Of a stretch of 29,977 bases of DNA, positions 26,571 through 29,977 are shown piece after piece. Source of the DNA: Tubiluchus corallicola (Eukaryota > Animalia > Priapulida); assembly GCA_030141605.1 (NCBI GenBank), contig JAQGDQ010001121.1, positions 31,098 through 61,074 on the forward strand. The letters are read 5' to 3'. The notes beneath the pieces are model-generated. The model was not told the origin of the DNA. It did not search any database and saw only the letters and a program-made list of their open reading frames with translations. Each line of letters begins with the position of its first letter. Within the stretch, counting starts at the first letter, position 1. The translations under genes were made by a program, and so were the position numbers.

Positions 26571-27091
26571 CTGCAAGTAGACATTGTTTAAAACTATGAT
26601 GGTGTTATATACACACATGATCTTTAAAATATCTTTTGCATTGTACAGTGGCTTGTTCTACGTTTAGCCACGATTATTAACTTAACCAGCAGTCATAGTC
26701 ATAAATACATCATATTTCGCCTTTTTCCTTATTCGGGCTCAAAAATTCCCATCTTATATATTTTTATTACTTATATTTATTTATTTAATAATTTTATTTA
26801 TTATTAAATTTATTTATTTATATTTATTTATATTTTTATATTTTTATTTATACATCTTATTTTTTATAGCTTACTAGAACAGCCGTTCACGTATGATATC
26901 GGGGTAAATTGAGCTCTGATGGCACTGCGCGACATCTGTCGGGCGATTGTTGTAATTATGTCGAATAACTTAAAAGAAGTGGAAATTGTTATCGTATTAT
27001 TTTGTTTGCCAGATGGCAGCACTGTGCAGCATCCAGCTTAAATGGTTTTAACCACGCACGAGTCGGGTGTATTTAAGACCAGGACTCACAA
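26203..27091 (-). repeat. Left arm of a long inverted repeat
   Basis: Reverse complement of 29089-29977; paired coordinates sum to 56180 at every point checked, so there are no indels. Confidence 0.97.
26479..26570 (-). CDS. VWD exon 1 (left-arm copy)
   Basis: IYINDFDRPDGGQVGICKAVGDPHMTTFDG(V), phase 0-2. Confidence 0.85.
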
Positions 27092-27592
27092 GTAGGCATA
27101 TATAATAATGTGCATTTATAAATAGGAATAATTCTGCGTGTGTTGCATTATGAGGAAGATGCAATACGCTGATTTATTTGGTCAAGCCTGTCGTACGGAA
27201 AAAAAGGAAAATTTAGTTATTAACTGCCAGTTGGTTTTCTCACGCCCTCTTTAGCACTGGAGCAGGTGCTGAGATGGCGTAAAGTACCTAGTAAACACGG
27301 GGTCATTCCATACCACCACACTTGTAGTGACAGTATGCGAATGGCTTTCTGATAGACAGAGCATTCAACAATATAGAAATGTACTTGAAAAACTGGTTTT
27401 AGTAACCCCTCTACAGAAAATTCTCTGTCCTGGTAAGAGGAATGAAGCAGCAAAGAAGAGAAAAAAAATTATTTTATCGAAAATAAACTTTATAAACGTT
27501 TTGCAAAAATTAACAAAACCTTTGAAAACTATGACAGTGTTTTAGAAGTGCTTAACTTTGCAAACATCTATGCACTATACTCGGTCTTTCAG

Positions 27593-27775
27593 ATAGCCTT
27601 TTCTGATTGTAATCTCAATATATCTCATGATGAATGGAATAGACAGCACGCATTTCCAGTAAGGGCAACTGTTGATGGTCAATATGATGGTCAACAGAAA
27701 CGCATTGTCCAATTAATTGTCCATGAAAGTAACGCACACAGCATTTGGTCCTCGTACCACGCACCAGAAGTCTCT
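27593..27775 (+). CDS. VWDE-like exon immediately preceding the VWD domain
   Basis: tttcag|IAFSDCNLNISHDEWNRQHAFPVRATVDGQYDGQQKRIVQLIVHESNAHSIWSSYHAPEVS|gtaagt, phase 0-0; splices in frame to 29610. Confidence 0.82.
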
Positions 27776-28331
27776 GTAAGTATAACAGTGATCTAGAAAA
27801 AAACCACTGGTGTTTATTTTTCATTATTACGTTATGTTAGAATTTCACTTTTTTCATTTTTTATTAATTCATGTTAACTTGCAAGCGCAGTGGGCTGGCG
27901 TAGAGGGTTTGAAAGTAATACAGTGATCTCGGTCAAAGGGTCACGATCACTGGAATTTGGTCTGTTTTTGATACCATTCAACTTCTGTTAGGGCTACTTT
28001 ATGTTACATTCAATTTATTTTATGAGTATTTATATACATGGTATTCCAAACAAGATGTGTACTTGGGCTTTTACAAATTTGGGTTTCTTTAAGAGCATGT
28101 GAAAGGATCCAGAATGCATAACATAGTGAGTATCTAAAACTATAAGAGAGCCCGAGAAAGGAGCCAAAATGCATGACAATGAGTAACTGGAAAACCATAG
28201 CAACTAGACCATGCTTCCTCATGAAACTTGCTGGGTGTACACCAGGAGTTGGGGTAGGGGGTCAAGCAATCGTAAAAATGAGATTAAGAGCCCGAGACAG
28301 CAACCAAGATTTGAAAATTAGGGCTTCTACT

Positions 28332-28709
28332 TGTTGTGGAGATCGCTAACATCTATTAGAATGAAATAGAACATTGTAGAATGTTCCATTAGAATAATCG
28401 TCTTACCTTGTAGAATGTTCTAGAAAGAAAAGTTTAGAATGTTCCCTGGCACCCTATATAAGGCGATGCAGGCCGCTGAAACACACTCATACGCAGATTC
28501 ACACGGACGCCACTTACACATTCTCTTGTATACATACATTTTCAGATACACTCAAACGTTGTTCAGACTTTCACGTTTACTGCAATAATTTCGCGTTCCT
28601 TCATACTTTTGTGTTGTAGAATTCTCACTTAATAAACTAGTTTAAATTTGACGAAGTGTTTTCTGGTTTTTTTTTTCTACGAGCCTTCCGAGAGAAACAA
28701 AACACAACA
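28332..28709 (+). mobile_element. Solo LTR of an LTR retrotransposon
   Basis: 378 bp; termini TGTTGTG...CACAACA; 5-bp flanks CTACT/CTATT (TSD with one mismatch); TATATAA at 28455; AATAAA at 28631. Confidence 0.8.
28368..28461 (+). promoter_or_regulatory. Heat-shock element cluster plus TATA box in the solo LTR
   Basis: aGAAc-aTTGt-aGAAt-gTTCc (28368), aGAAt-gTTCt-aGAAa (28412), aGAAt-gTTCc (28436), TATATAA (28455). Confidence 0.65.
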
Positions 28710-29088
28710 CTATTTTTAACTCATGTTACATTACAATCACTTAGAGGTATAGACACACGAAACTCACAGTGTAAGGGCATTTTTAAAATAAGAGAATAAC
28801 ATTTTCTTAGTGTTGGCACCAGTAAGATGGCGCTACTAGGCGTGACTAGAAAAGACACACCTCCGGGCTTGACCGAAGATGTTTAATCACGTGCCAGGTC
28901 CTTACTCACTCGGAAGCTGCAACGGTGACGTCATTACGGGCGTTTAAAGTACATGTAAATGATGCAAAACACCAAGTTTTGTTCACAATTCAGTCAGCTG
29001 CAACGGTTGATAAGCGTTTTGCAGTGCTTACCATGTCAAAAATAAAGTTTTGCCGAATAGAAATCCTTTTGTATGAGCTGTATAATTA

Positions 29089-29977
29089 TTGTGAGTCCTG
29101 GTCTTAAATACACCCGACTCGTGCGTGGTTAAAACCATTTAAGCTGGATGCTGCACAGTGCTGCCATCTGGCAAACAAAATAATACGATAACAATTTCCA
29201 CTTCTTTTAAGTTATTCGACATAATTACAACAATCGCCCGACAGATGTCGCGCAGTGCCATCAGAGCTCAATTTACCCCGATATCATACGTGAACGGCTG
29301 TTCTAGTAAGCTATAAAAAATAAGATGTATAAATAAAAATATAAAAATATAAATAAATATAAATAAATAAATTTAATAATAAATAAAATTATTAAATAAA
29401 TAAATATAAGTAATAAAAATATATAAGATGGGAATTTTTGAGCCCGAATAAGGAAAAAGGCGAAATATGATGTATTTATGACTATGACTGCTGGTTAAGT
29501 TAATAATCGTGGCTAAACGTAGAACAAGCCACTGTACAATGCAAAAGATATTTTAAAGATCATGTGTGTATATAACACCATCATAGTTTTAAACAATGTC
29601 TACTTGCAGATCTACATCAATGATTTCGATAGACCAGATGGTGGTCAAGTTGGTATTTGTAAGGCAGTGGGAGATCCTCATATGACAACATTTGATGGAG
29701 TGTAAGTATAGCTTAGGTATTGTTGAACTTAGCCGTAGCCACAAGTTTAGTAAACTCATGATTTCCTTGACAGAATAACTAGCAAATATGAGATCAAGTT
29801 TTTGGTTAGAACAATTTATGAAGGTAAGGCATATGAATGTCAATCAAGAAAACTTGTAAAATGTGAATCGATGAATGTTTTTCCTGCTCAGCGTTGCGTA
29901 ATAGTAACACTGATACTTTTCACTTGAAGATCGAAGTTACTCTAACCAGTTGTTGCAAGAGCACAATGTGATTTAAA
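29089..29977 (+). repeat. Right arm of a long inverted repeat (runs off the window)
   Basis: Mirror of 26203-27091; identical 84-aa ORFs in the track at 26337 (+) and 29843 (-). Confidence 0.97.
29610..29701 (+). CDS. VWD exon 1 (right-arm copy)
   Basis: ttgcag|IYINDFDRPDGGQVGICKAVGDPHMTTFDG GT|gtaagt. Confidence 0.87.

Noticed and set aside
26337-26591. Identical 84-aa ORF also at 29589-29843
   Set aside because: A by-product of the inverted repeat; it is antisense to the real GDPH exon
27255-27432. Candidate bridging + strand exon (good acceptor, donor G|gtaaga)
   Set aside because: Every frame contains a stop between the two splice sites; no recognisable domain

Overview
AT-rich animal genomic DNA with GT-AG introns, probably from an invertebrate; the species cannot be assigned from sequence alone. 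Most entries in the ORF track are not genes. (1) 98-15.6 kb, + strand: part of a spliced extracellular-type gene. It has a small exon with a dibasic KR site, five exons encoding a six-bladed tectonin/tachylectin-type beta-propeller, and then a tandem array of single-exon Ca-binding EGF modules. The array has 18 full-length copies (13 clean, 2 with odd Cys counts, 3 dead) plus 5 fragments, all phase 1-1, and was built by local duplications. (2) 15.8-18.9 kb: a 5'-truncated CR1/L2-type LINE broken by one 1-nt deletion. (3) 20.3-26.6 kb, - strand: five exons of a VWDE-like von Willebrand D domain. Two Penelope-like fold-back elements carrying variant minimal hammerhead-ribozyme motifs lie in and just beyond this gene, and a 21-bp minisatellite fills one intron. 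(4) 26.2-30 kb: an apparently perfect inverted repeat of at least 889 bp that duplicates the first VWD exon. Its 2-kb spacer holds the single upstream exon in + orientation and a solo LTR with clustered heat-shock elements.
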